A stretch of 64,000 nt of DNA from Paraspadella gotoi (Eukaryota; Animalia; Chaetognatha): NCBI GenBank assembly GCA_051294375.1, contig CM119271.1, forward strand, positions 5,236,832-5,300,831, in the 5' to 3' direction. Shown one piece after another: positions 51,601-63,780 of the stretch. The position numbers and the translations under genes were made by a program. Every line of letters starts with the position of its first letter. Positions within the stretch are counted from its first letter, which is position 1. The notes under the pieces were generated by a model. The model ran no database searches. It saw only the letters and a program-made list of their open reading frames with translations, and was not told the DNA's origin.

Positions 51601-54600
51601 GACAAACAAGACAACTATATAAGGAGAATGAGTTCCCCTTGAGTGTAGACCTTTGCTAAACGTCGTGATAATGATTGATCCCATTTTTAGATATCAGCCG
51701 AGAATTGCTTCAAATGAAAATGCATTTTTTTTAATTTTCGTTTTTAAGAGTTTGGGACCGGTGTTCAAACTTCTGAAAAATACGAGGTGATACAGCCTGT
51801 ATGTACGGCGGAATTTAGTGGGTGTGACTTATACAAAGGTCGCATAAATTTTGTAACGTAAGAAACACGTGGCCGCAATTTGCTGTGTGGGTCATCAATC
51901 GATGCGATCGTGTTAATGACCCTCTGATAGCTGCTTGTCTTTTTGGATCCTTCGATTTGTCGTCGATGAAGCCAAAGATGTCTTCGCTCTGGTATCGACG
52001 ACGATACCCAGATCTGGAGGAAATTCCAGGTCAAAAAAATTCCAGCCGGGAACAAGCTCTTCTTTCAATTCTTTTATTTTTATCGCTCCTCTCTGCTGGT
52101 GGAATGTAAATGAGATCGTGGAACTATGGCCTTCAAATTGGGAACATCCTTTTCTATAAAGTAAAATCTGATCTGATAAAATGATAATAAATTTAAATAA
52201 TTTTTTGAAATATTTTTTTCGAAATATTTCTATGTACAGCCAGCGCGACATACACTTTTAATAAACGTGGATTTACACAATGACTCGGCAACCGAAATAT
52301 GCAACAGAAATTGGAGCCGCATTTAAACTTTGGGTTGCCATTAGGTATGATTCTTTGTCATCATTTTTGGTACTCTTCGGAACATTCATTTTTACCGCAA
52401 AACAAAACCGATGCGAACGAGAAAACCGCAAAACCACGAAAATGAAATTTGCGATCAAGTTCTTGGTTAAATAGTCAATTTACTGCTTCTCCTCTTCCTC
52501 CTGTCCTATTTCACTTCAATCACACATTTTTGTAATGAATCGCAAATTTATTTGCTAGTGCGAAATTTTTTTTGGGCCTCTGACCAAAAAATTTTTCCCT
52601 CGCATAGATAGGAAATAAATCTTAAAGAGATAGGAAAAATTCAGCAAAGGGATAAATATAGTAAAAAGTTTTTGTTTTTCTTTTTTTTTTTTTAGCTTTG
52701 TTGTAATAATATTAAGTAAAGAAAAAAACATTATAAACAATGAAATAAAAGGAAAATAGTTTTCAAAATTTCTTAAAAAGTTATAGATAAAAAAAACATG
52801 AACATGGTGAAAAATTAAAGAGGCGAAAAAAGGTAATAATAATTTGGGCGAAATTTTAGAAAGTCGCTTGAAAGTCCGACCTTTCCTTTTTATTAATGGT
52901 AACAAACGACGCGTGTATGTCTATGGTAAGTATTAATCTCTCGCCACGGTACCTTTGAGGTATTTAAAGTAGTACCTCTAAGTACTTATGGCGAGATAAT
53001 TACTACACCTAAGACGCACGACGGTCGTTTGGTACCTTTAATAGAAAAGAACGGGGAGCTCAAGAGACTCCTAAAAAATTTCGCCAAATTTTTATGTTTT
53101 TGACGGGTACTTTGGGCGAAACTGTTTTAAATACCCTAAAGTACCTATGCGAGATTAATACTACATCCTTAGACGCACACGGTCGTTTGTACTTTAAAAT
53201 AAAAGAACGGGGACATCAAGGACTCTACTAAAGATTCGCAAGCAAATTTTACTTTTTTGACGCGGGTACTTTTTCTGATTAATTCTTTTTAATACCCTAA
53301 GTGACTATGCGCGAGATTAATACTACAACCTAGACGCACAACGGTCGTTTGTAAGGCCCGGCCCCGCCCCCCCGCCCCCCAGCCTTAATAAAAAGAACAG
53401 GGGACCTCAAGGACTTCTAAAAATTCGCAGCAACAAATTTTTACTTTATTTGAACGCGGGTACTTTGGCGAAACTTTAATACCGCTAATACTATGCGCGA
53501 GATTAATACTACAGCGCTAGACGACACACGGTCGTTTGTACCTTTTAATAAAAAGAACGGGGACTCAAGGACTCTAAAGATTCGCCAAACTTTTTGACTT
53601 TTTTGACCGGCAGTATTTGGCGTATAACCTTTAAATACCCTAAAATATATGGGAAATTAATATCTACACCTAAGCGCAGCACGCGTCGTTTGTACCTTTA
53701 ATAAAAAGAACGGGGACTCAAGGACTCTATAAATTCGCTCAAATTTACTTTTTTGAACCGTAACTTTGGCGAAACTTTAATGCCCCTAGATCTGTGGATA
53801 TATGGCGAGATTAATACTCACCTGATGTACATTGGTCGTTTTATACACTAATAAAAGAACGGACATCAAGGACTCTAAAATCTCGCAACCAATTTACTTT
53901 CCTCACACCCCCTCCTCTTCATTGGCCTCGCTCGGTACCAAACTTACTCATTAGCTTTATCTTTTTTTTTTTTTTTTATAGCTTTTTAACGTTTAACGGT
54001 CAAATAAAACTTAACTAAAATATACATATAGTTGAAATGCCCTTATATACTACTTGAGAGAGGCGGAAAGTTTTAGGACAAAAAAAGAAGCTCTCTATCT
54101 CTCTCTCTCTGCTCTCTCTCATCTCTCTCTTCTCTCTCTCTCTCTCCTCTCTCTCTCCTCTCTCTTCTCTCTCTCTCGTCCTTCCTCTCTCTTCTCTCTC
54201 TCTCTATTCTCTCTCTCTCTCTCCAACCTCCTCCCTTCCGTCTCTCTCCTCTCTCTCTCTCCTTATCTTCCTCTGCTCTCTCTCTCCTCTCTCTCTCTCT
54301 CTCTTAAATCCATACACCATTTCATACGATTTTACAACTTTAAGATTTTCCTGACTGTCTTATAGCATTNNNNNNNNNNNNNNNNNNNNNNNNNGCTATT
54401 ATTATTCTTTACTGTTATTTAATATAAGGCAAAGGGAAAATAAGTCCATTTTCTGAAATTTATGTCACCAACATTTTTTTTCCGTTTTGTTTTAATACGA
54501 TCACTATTTTTCTTTTGGAAAAACTAAAAAAAGTAAAGGAAGTCGTTTCTCCAACTTTTCACTCTTTTTTTCGTTTTTAATCCTCAGAAAGAAAGATTTC

Positions 54601-55010
54601 AACTTCGCTGCTTAAAATTCTCGAAAGGGATTTTAGGACTTCACTCGAAGCACGAAAAAGAGAAAATAAAATATGAGAAACGGAAAGGAGAAGAAAGAAA
54701 GAAAGAAAGAAAAGAGGAAAAAAAAGAACGAAAAAAATAAGAGAAAAGAAAAAAAAGAAAAAAAATCAAACCACAAAGGGATACCAAAAAAGTCACTCGT
54801 GGCTCGAGTGAAAACAAATGTCGTCAAACGAAGCCAGAGACAAAAAATAATGAGATAAAAACAAGATTGTCATTTTAACATTCAACGCTTACAAAAAAAA
54901 TTAATTAACGAAAGCAAAACGAATTAACGATAAATAGCGTTGAACGTTTGCACACATAAACATCTCCCATTGCAGAGCAGAGAACGGAGGGAGGTTTGAA
55001 GGCTACCATG

Positions 55011-55086
<76 letters not shown>

Positions 55087-55489
55087 CACCTAATATTAAC
55101 GAGCGCGTCATCTGCAGAAGGTCGGCCCCTTTTTTGATGTCCGCCGATCCAATCGATTCACACAAAGAGGTCGGTGAAAGACTCGCCGTCTGGGTAAGTC
55201 ACCAGCCCGGTGAGATACCGAGAGGGGTGGGGCCGGTAGGGAGTGCCTCGGCTTTTGTGAGGGACAGGGTGAATCGTACATCACAAAATGCGAAAAAGCG
55301 GGCAACCGGTTTGAACCTCAAACGGGAAGAGGCTCTCCAAGACTGCGATGCTGGCAAGATTCGTCATTATTGTTTGGCTTCATTCAGGAGATTCTCGGTT
55401 TGCCCATATGTGGCGCCCAGGTTAATGCTCCAGCACTCGATTACACGATATGGCGCCCATAAATTGTAAATGTACCCAGGATGTTAGTC

Positions 55490-55520
<31 letters not shown>

Positions 55521-58500
55521 GAGAGAGAGAGAAACGGCCTGGAGAATCCTCTCTGGAGATGGAAGCCGAGTTGTTATTATTATACAGATCAAATATTAGT
55601 AGAAGAAGTTTGAATTTGTTTACAACAACGATTTTATTGGTACATAGGGACGTACCAATAAAATCGTTGTTGTAAACAAATTCAAACTTCTTCTACTAAT
55701 TCAAACACAACGAAACGAAAGGAAATTCGCGAGATCAAATATTATATTATCTATTTTATCCTACTGTCAGTGCTACTAGTTGTTTAATAACGACTGAATA
55801 CAAACATACTGTGGTGAACAACGAATCGTAAAGATTCCTCACTTCAGAATGGACTAAACACATTTCGCAAAACAAAAAACAAAAAAGCAAAACAATTATG
55901 TGTTTCGTTTGTTTCAGCCTCGAGCCATTTCTCTTTCTCACATTGTCTTTCTTTCTCTGTCTCTGTCACTCTCTCTCTCTCTCTCTCTCACTCGCCCCTG
56001 TTGCTTAATGGGTGGAAGAAAGTGAATTCGGCGGAAAAAGTCTGCGGTTCGAATCCCGGGGGATGAAAAAATACAGGGTGATCGTCTGATATCTGCAGAA
56101 TTCGTGAAAAAGCGTTTATCGGGAAAAGTTAAAAAAATACAAGTCTTTGTCGTACAGTTTCTTTTTCATTAAAGTAACCAGAAATGAGTCAAAAGAACAC
56201 CACCTGCCGGCGCTAATTGAGCGTGAACACCCGGTAACGCGATGACTAATCCCCCGAGAACGCCGCGTAAACGCGGTTCGAGTCCCCGGAGAATCGAGGA
56301 CGAGGCGAACGGCGGGAAAAAGAAAAAAAAGGCGCCCCGGGGCCGATGGTCGGGATGCGTGAGCGGCGGTTTTGAGGTTTCGAGCAATTAGTCGTCGTCG
56401 CAACTTTGAAAACCATTGTCTAATGTCTAATGTCANNNNNNNNNNNNNNNNNNNNNNNNNNNNNNNNNNNNNNNNNNNNNNNNNNNNNNNNNNNNNNNNN
56501 NNNNNNNNNNNNNNNNNNNNNNNNNNNNNNNNNNNNNNNNNNNNNNNNNNNNNNNNNNNNNNNNNNNNNNNNNNNNNNNNNNNNNNNNNNNNNNNNNNNN
56601 NNNNNNNNNNNNNNNNNNNNNNNNNNNNNNNNNNNNNNNNNNNNNNNNNNNNNNNNNNNNNNNNNNNNNNNNNNNNNNNNNNNNNNNNNNNNNNNNNNNN
56701 NNNNNNNNNNNNNNNNNNNNNNNNNNNNNNNNNNNNNNNNNNNNNNNNNNNNNNNNNNNNNNNNNNNNNNNNNNNNNNNNNNNNNNNNNNNNNNNNNNNN
56801 NNNNNNNATATTCTTACAATATTCACCAAATTGCATGTCCGGCATTTCGTCGTTGTCGTCTTCGGATCTCTGTCGCGTGCAGAGAAAGGAACCATTTTAA
56901 AGAGGTTCTAGTGAAAGAAGGATAAATTCGCTCAGCCCCTTCANNNNNNNNNNNNNNNNNNNNNNNNNNNNNNNNNNNNNNNNNNNNNNNNNNNNNNNNN
57001 NNNNNNNNNNNNNNNNNNNNNNNNNNNNNNNNNNNNNNNNNNNNNNNNNNNNNNNNNNNNNNNNNNNNNNNNNNNNNNNNNNNNNNNNNNNNNNNNNNNN
57101 NNNNNNNNNNNNNNNNNNNNNNNNNNNNNNNNNNNNNNNNNNNNNNNNNNNNNNNNNNNNNNNNNNNNNNNNNNNNNNNNNNNNNNNNCGACGACGATTT
57201 CCTTCATCCAACGTCACGCTTGAGGAAGGATGTCTGTTTCCCTTCGTCTCGCTCCCCCCACTCACTCCCTCTCCATCTCTTCCCGAGATATGAATGGCAC
57301 CAGATGTCAACCTAAACCCGGAGAGCAACGCNNNNNNNNNNNNNNNNNNNNNNNNNNNNNNNNNNNNNNNNNNNNNNNNNNNNNNNNNNNNNNNNNNNNN
57401 NNNNNNNNNNNNNNNNNNNNNNNNNNNNNNNNNNNNNNNNNNNNNNNNNNNNNNNNNNNNNNNNNNNNNNNNNNNNNNNNNNNNNNNNNNNNNNNNNNNN
57501 NNNNNNNNNNNNNNNNNNNGTCTCTGTCTCAATCTGGGTGCGGGGTTGGGTGAGGAGTGGAGCTCCTTACAATTCGGTTCCCTGTGTGCGATTTATAAAT
57601 TGACGGGCAAGGACATAAATCGTAGATCGTAAAATGTTTCGTGTCACTGGTCTAAAGACTATATGGGAAATATTGTATATAGACTATAACAGGAAATTTT
57701 TATATAAAATCCAAATCAAAAAAATAAATCTAAAAAGTAAAGGACTTGAGTAGAACAAATATAATTTATTTTGAATATTAATAACAAAAGGGATACTATA
57801 TTAATCAAAAAGTCAGTAAGCGTATAAAACAACTGGAAAACGATAAAAAAGTAAAAACAAAACTGGTAACAAAAATACATCAAAGACAATTTTTTTTTAT
57901 AATATCAAAAACAATATTAGCAAAATCGATAACGAAATCAATAACAACCCTAATTAATTAAAACAAAAAACAAATGACATGAACGTAAAAATAGAAACAT
58001 TAATAAAATGTTAAGAACTATTTCATTAAAACTATGAAAATAAACGTCAAAAGACGTCAAAGTCAAGGGCAAAGATAAAAGACTCCAAATGTCAAGCGAA
58101 AACAGAATTATTTCTGATACATAATCAAAATTCTTTTAGGTTGAATTGATTTATATTAAAGCTCAAGTGGACAAAATTATTTAAAAAAAACTTCTTTCGA
58201 AAATTCCCTCAACTAGGCATTGCTCTTATTCTTTCACTGCAATATGCAAATTAGATTAAAAGCCTAGATTGAGCGTTTCGTAGTCGGATCTAATCCCGCC
58301 GCCGTCTTTTTCTTCCCTATTTTCTGCAGCCGTTTAGCCGATGAACGGTGTCGCTGCCAACAACTTTTTTTTTGCGTCACCTCAGGTTTGGCGTCTGCCT
58401 TCGTTCGCGGACAAAAGAGCAATCGAAGCGATCAGCGGATGAGCNNNNNNNNNNNNNNNNNNNNNNNNNNNNNNNNNNNNNNNNNNNNNNNNNNNNNNNN

Positions 58501-58763
58501 NNNNNNNNNNNNNNNNNNNNNNNNNNNNNNNNNNNNNNNNNNNNNNNNNNNNNNNNNNNNNNNNNNNNNNNNNNNNNNNNNNNNNNNNNNNNNNNNNNNN
58601 NNNNNNTTTTTTTTATGTTCAATATTTCCTCTCTCTCTCGCTCTCTCTCTCTCCTCTCCCTTCCTCTTCGTCATCTCTTTTTCTTTTATCAATTTTTCTT
58701 TCTCCATGTTTGTTCTACTTTCCTCTGCTGTTCCTTTCCCAACATTCGTTCCCTTTTGTCCAT

Positions 58764-58849
<86 letters not shown>

Positions 58850-59635
58850 ATTCTATCTATCTATCTTCCACGCTCTCACCCACTTCTCTCTTATCAAAAA
58901 CCGCGTCGCCGCAATAATTAATTATCTATTTATCCTTAAACTTGTGCGTCTAATACTCTTCCATTTCTCTCCTTTCCTCCTTCTCTCCTTTCCTCTCTTT
59001 CCTTTCCTCCCTTTTCTCCTCGTTTTCTCCTTTCCAGATTTTTCTCTTTGTTTACTTAAAGGCCGAGATTATTCACTCGATGAACGACGAAAGCAGATTT
59101 TTTTTTTCGCTCCACCGGGTACAGCGTGGTCAAAATAAACCTCGGTATATGTTATAGAAGCGAGTATCGGGTCGTACGAAAAAAAAAATACTTAAAAAAA
59201 AGATGGGAAATGACGGATTTTTAAGCACGTATGGTACATATCTAATAGAATTAAGGTTTCTATCGCGAACCATTAACCGGGATAAAAAAAAAGTGCGATG
59301 TCGTAATTGAGTTGTCGTCGTTGTCGTCGTCGTTGTCGTCGTTGGCCAATCACGCCTCGGGTCACGTGATGTCATCGACTTCTCGATGGTTGAGAATAAA
59401 ACATCGCAAAAGCGAAGCCAAGCTGATTGCAACCATCCGACTATCCCATTTGCATATGAATAACTTTGTATCCTTTAAATCCTTTTAAATGCAAAATACG
59501 CCGAGTTTAATGCGCGGGAATTTAATGATTCGCGAGACGCATACCTGATTTTCTTCGTCGTGAGTTAAATGTTTGGTATTTTTTTTTTACTTTTTTGAAT
59601 TAAACAAATTTGGTATCAAACATATTAAACACAGA

Positions 59636-59689
<54 letters not shown>

Positions 59690-59867
59690 AACAAACCTGA
59701 AAAGTCGGCGTGAGCTTCAAGGAGTTGATCCAGTGATGCCCGGTGTGCATCGTCCGCCCCTCGTACTGATCCCTTCCGAGGGACCACAATAGTTTGGGTT
59801 GCATCTCGAGTTCGCCCATGATCTTCGCTTTGCAGACAAAGGATGAAACTCGACCCTCGTGGAGAAC
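37039..59867 (-). CDS. Single-pass type I immunoglobulin-superfamily membrane protein, 5'-incomplete, about 490 aa modelled. Exons: 59867-59697, 58398-58381, 57311-57266, 56869-56827, 55251-55162, 49701-49624, 49035-48811, 47986-47890, 47738-47631, 47374-47116, 44282-44071, 37164-37039
   Basis: All modelled exons have AG/GT borders and chain without stops (intron phases 0,0,1,2,2,2,2,0,0,1,0). Ig C2-like motifs: VLHEG..FVCKA..QPKLLW..SLKLTPT, VNITWK, VLLEVYFEPQI and FNVSCDVLSHP. The TM segment LLAILVSSCFLLISILVLLILY is followed by KR and a low-complexity tail. The four short exons at 55162-58398 are less certain, and N gaps may hide more. Resemblance to fasciclin-3/nectin/nephrin-type proteins is inference. 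Confidence 0.75.
39305..39515 (+). repeat. Degenerate (ctctttgtccc)-core minisatellite; counterpart at about 44500-44590 plus gap
   Basis: The core recurs about every 20-30 nt. Confidence 0.7.
39765..39985 (+). pseudogene. Inverted, indel-containing copy of IgSF exon 44071-44282 (likely assembly artefact)
   Basis: ORF 39837 begins MVVANGNQGTL, as does ORF 43975..44208. It lies within the inverted block 37850-40560. Confidence 0.6.
40600..42050. mobile_element. Foldback-like element with about 400-bp inverted arms (noisy sequence); left arm repeated at about 43400-43860
   Basis: 40785-40935 is the reverse complement of about 41690-41855, and 40620-40700 is inverted relative to about 41930-42030. 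The arms contain the family A motif aagtttga..caaaca.tgtcggatct. Confidence 0.5.
47116..47374 (-). CDS. IgSF exon containing the transmembrane helix
   Basis: CAAAG|CTG ... AAGA|GTGAG. Contains a 22-residue hydrophobic stretch followed by a KR stop-transfer signal. Confidence 0.85.
48811..49035 (-). CDS. IgSF exon: end of one Ig-like domain and start of the next
   Basis: CCCAG|G ... AG|GTTTGT, phase 2-2. Translates YHFTFRVSNTLFSVFHPRRTLHLRADDELSYYTKNVLLEVYFEPQILCDDVVSLPETERKEFNVSCDVLSHPVL. It is a GC-rich island in an AT-rich intronic background. Confidence 0.85.
49171..49330 (+). mobile_element. Short Helentron/HINE-like element, family B (related copy at about 22750-22885)
   Basis: AACAAATGAGCAAC...(GACC)n...TATAGAGTTGCTC: subterminal inverted repeat GAGCAAC/GTTGCTC, then a GC-rich 3' segment and CTAAAAA. 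Confidence 0.55.
52830..53900. repeat. Tandem array of about 155-190-bp units (about 6) preceded by one inverted unit
   Basis: gtcgtttgtacctttaataaaaagaacggggactcaaggactct recurs near 53024, 53182, 53344, 53531, 53685 and 53835. 52845-52950 is the reverse complement of the unit. Confidence 0.85.
55013..55085 (+). repeat. (GAC)n microsatellite; one of many (TCG/GAC)n and (AG/CT)n tracts in the window
   Basis: Directly visible. Confidence 0.95.
55595..55700. repeat. Perfect 49-bp inverted repeat with an 8-nt spacer
   Basis: 55595-55643 (attagtagaagaagtttgaatttgtttacaacaacgattttattggtac) is the exact reverse complement of 55652-55700. The loop is atagggac. Confidence 0.95.
58764..58866 (+). 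repeat. (TCTA)n microsatellite
   Basis: Directly visible. Confidence 0.95.
59697..59867 (-). CDS. IgSF exon: Ig C2-set-like segment
   Basis: CACAG| acceptor and |GTTTGT donor, phase 0-0. Translates VLHEGRVSSFVCKAKIMGELEMQPKLLWSLGRDQYEGRTMHTGHHWINSLKLTPTFQ, with the B-strand Cys, C-strand Trp and E-strand SxLxLTP pattern. Confidence 0.8.
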
Positions 59868-61915
59868 CTGTGGTCATTGTGGATAAGAGAGGATGGGTGA
59901 TAAGAATAGTCCCTCCTTTTCTCTCTAAAGTCTCGTTCGGGTCATTTTAAAATGACCACTATTTAAAGTGACCATTGTGATTATTTTGACTTTCGTGAGA
60001 GCTCGCGATACGTTTTTAATTTCTCTTCAGAGCTCAAACGTTGTACCAGTTTCGAAAACTCGTTTTTACGGGTTTCCGGTAGGATTTTGACTAATAAAGT
60101 TTCACAATAAAATAAGAAACGTCTTTTCTATTCGTGCCCATGTTAAAGCAGTCGGAACGGGCAACGTTCGAATGTTTGCCTTCGCGAGCGTGAGACCAAA
60201 ATATCTCTCAATGGGATTTAATTTAATTTTAAATTTAGCTATTAGGACTTTTTGAGATGAGTGAAGTTTTTTTTTCATAACGAAATTTTAATGAAAAAAA
60301 TCCCAGACATGTTTCGATCTTAATTTCAGAAAACGTTTCTCATCTCAAATTGTGAAACCGACGAAAAAGAAAGGAAAAATATACTAATATTATTAAGACT
60401 AAAACAAGAAAAGACAATGCAGCTTTTTTTAAAAAAAAAAGTCTATCACAGTCTGATTTATTAACTCTGAGAGAACCTGTCTTCGTCATCAAGGAAATGG
60501 AAGAGTATTATTTAACGGTGTCAGGCTTCTCAACCGTTTTATATATTTCAAATCCAGTCATATATATCAAGTCAAGTCATATATTTCAAGTCTTCAAGCA
60601 TAAGCATCCTCTAAAAAAATGCTAAAAAGGAAACGATATATCATTCATCTTTTTTCGTCTTTTGTCCAGGTATTTCCTCTCGCCACGCCCATTTTTTCCC
60701 TTCTCTCCATTTCTTCCACGCCCAGTTTTTTTCTCGATTCTAAAAAAAAAACAACCCAGAATCTAAAAATAGATTCGCGCTAAAAAGTTCTCGCGAAACG
60801 TTTCGTGTTTTTTAAACACGTGTTTTGTCGAGACGCAATGTTTTTTTGTTCCGCTGAAAAATATGTCGCCTACGGAAAAAAAAAACGGAAGGCCGCCAGA
60901 GGCGTTTTTCTTTTTTTTTCTTTTTTTCTTTTTTTTCTTTTTTTCTTGTCTTTTCTTTTCTTTTCTTTTCTTTTCTTTTCTTTTCTTTTCTTTTCTTTTC
61001 TTTTTTTCTTTTCTTTCCCTGCTGGTGAAAAGTGAAACAAAAATTCAAATGCGAGACTCGACAGATTTTCAACTTTGCTGCTAAATTAAATTTGTACAAA
61101 AATGACTTTTTTTCTCCTTCCTTTTTCGCCTTGAGGGTTTGGTTTCTTCGCGCATTGGGGGGGATGAGAGGGGAGGGAAAAGAGAGAGGGGGAGAAGAAG
61201 AGGGAGGAAGTGAAAGAGGAAGGGGGGAGGATCTCTCTGTTTCTCCAAGAGAAAAAAACTAATGAAAGTCAATTCAATGGAGAATAAAAAACGAAACCAA
61301 CGCCTTTAGTTCGCCAAATTTTCATGATGAAACGAGAGAGAGATTGAGAGAGAGACGTGGAAATAGAAGAGAGAGAGAGAAAGAGAGAGAGAGGAGAGAG
61401 AGAGAGACGAAGAGAAGACAGAGAGAGAGAGAGACCAAGAGAGAGGAGAAAGACGGAATCGAAAGAAACAAATGATGACAAAGCAGTGAAACTTAACCAT
61501 TTTTTATTCGCGCGGCACGTTCTGCCTGTATTACGAGCGGAGGCGGGGCGGGCTGGTGAATAAAATTTCTATGGAAAAAAATGCAAAATAAAAAGATTGA
61601 ATAAAAAAAAAAAACGGGGAATTTTGATGAAAGTTTCCTCGGTTTGTAAGTAGCGGGTCGTTGTGTTGTTATCGTCGTAATATTCAACAGTCGTCGTTTT
61701 ACTAAACGTGTTTTTTTTTAGATTGCTAATAATTAATAAGAGCTGAAGGAGCTGAAAACAAAAAACAAAACGAAAAAGATGGACAGACTGACTAGGTTAT
61801 TTCTATTATTAAAAACTAAAATGATGATATTGACATCTAGTCGAGAGGAAATTCTTTGTTATTTATTTTGTTACGTTTGAGTCCGATATATCAGAGACAA
61901 TTAGTCGTTGCAGAT

Positions 61916-61958
<43 letters not shown>

Positions 61959-63200
61959 GAGAAGCGAGAGAGAAGAGACACTACAGAATGGTCTTTGCTC
62001 GCGAGGAATTTAATAACGACAATAGGAGAACAGGCGAATCCCGTTCTGTCGCGACAACGCGACTCACAACACAACAACGACAACGACAACAATAACAACC
62101 AAAACGAGCACATGATAACTCGACCAAATCGCGCTTTTTTTTTCCGCCTCCGCCCGACGCGTCGTTCTCGTTCTCTTTCCGCCCTCCTCAGCGCTTCATT
62201 CTTACGAGGCCCGGCCCGCGAGCGTTGAAATTGAAAAACTAAATGAATCTGTAGATTAAGATAAAAGCTGGAGTGGTGTCATCCGCGTAGGCGGTCGTAC
62301 CGGGGGGGTTAAGGGTCCGGAGAATTGTTTAGCATCGATGGTATTGTTTATATACATAGCCCGTTGGGCTCGTACAGGTAAGACGGACAGAAAGATAAGC
62401 TTAATAAGGCCTCTTTAAGACGAAGGAGGAAGGCATCACCTATCCAGAATGAAGTCACGTAGCGAAGTGAAATTGAAAAACAAATTTTGCGCGGGAGAGA
62501 GAACGAGAGACGTAATGTCTATTTAAGGCGAAACGAATGTTTCTTTCTGCGAGTAGCGGCCTCTTTGTTTTCTATTCGGAGGATTCTTAAATATTCCAGA
62601 ATGTATATATAAATAGGGACGACTAAAGAAAAATAAAAAAAAAGTTAATTACGTTGATTAATAAAATTATGTACTTCGGATGACACAGCAAAATATATTT
62701 GAAATACATTGAGGTAATTTAAGTGGATAAGAAAAAACATTTTGAGACTAATCAATCGAACCAATTAAAATAATTCGGGAAAAAATTGTAAAAATATTGT
62801 AAACAAAAAAGTATAAGTTTAATTCATGAAAAAATATTTTTCAAAAATTAACCAAACATTTCTTTCTTCGAATTTTTGTACCTAAGCCAAAAAGTCAGCA
62901 GAAACGTCTAATATTTCGACATCCAACCGATACAACTAACGATTCACGATTCACAACTCACGATTCACGATTCACAACTCACAAAAGGCGACGCCCCTCC
63001 GCCTCCCCCCTTCCCAAAGAAAAAGGAAACTCGATCCCTCGAGTCAAATTTTCTCCCCCAAAAAAACTCAACATTTTTTTTCTTTTTCTTTTTCTCGAAG
63101 TCTGCGCATCAATTTTCCTCTCCCCCCCCTTTCACCCCCATCCCGTTTTCAATCCCCAAAAATCATATTTCGTTGCGTTGCTCATTTTGTTAAACATATA

Positions 63201-63243
<43 letters not shown>

Positions 63244-63267
63244 AGAGGAGAGGAGAGAAGAGAGAGA

Positions 63268-63319
<52 letters not shown>

Positions 63320-63624
63320 AGGGAGAAACGAGAATGGCGCGATACAGCGGGTTTTTTTGGGAGGGCGAACACCAGGTGGCTCTGGTTGTAAAATGTGACA
63401 AAAGAGCAATCGGTTTTTCCAATGCAGTCTTCGTTCTCCGTCGTCGTTATAGGAGGGCGATGGAAAAAATGAAGGATCAGAGACAAAACCATTTTTCAGA
63501 GAGAAAAGGAAAGGAGAGGAAGGGAGAAAAGAAGGGATAGGAGAAGAGAGGAAAGGAGGAAAGAAGGGAGAGGAGAGGAGAGGAGAGGAGAAAGGAGAAG
63601 AGAAGGAGAGGAGGTTAGAATAAA

Positions 63625-63780
63625 ATAGGAAGGGAGAGAATACAAAGGAAAGATAGAGGAGAGAAGAGAATAGAAAGGAAAGATAGAGGAGAGGAGAGAA
63701 TAGAAAGGAAAGATAGAGGAGAGGAGAGAATAGAAAGGAAAGATAGAGGAGAGGAGAGAATAGAAAGGAAAGAGAGGAGA
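63625..63780 (+). repeat. 30-bp purine-rich minisatellite (gaggagagaatagaaaggaaagatagagga)n, about 5 units
   Basis: Directly visible; produces the repeating peptide LSFLFSPLLY in ORF 63182..63787. Confidence 0.9.

Noticed and set aside
54996-55469. 157-aa + strand ORF with poly-Thr
   Set aside because: A (GAC)n tract plus the antisense of the 55162-55251 exon; no domain features.
56046-56060. GGTTCGAATCCC (and GGTTCGAGTCCC at about 56275) as tRNA/SINE B-boxes
   Set aside because: No convincing A-box or cloverleaf could be built around either.
57571-57581. 11-nt candidate micro-exon (ACACAG|GGAACCGAATT|GTAAGG) in the IgSF gene
   Set aside because: Including it shifts the downstream modelled exons into a frame that stops in the 55251-55162 exon. 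Left out, though hidden exons in gaps could rescue it.
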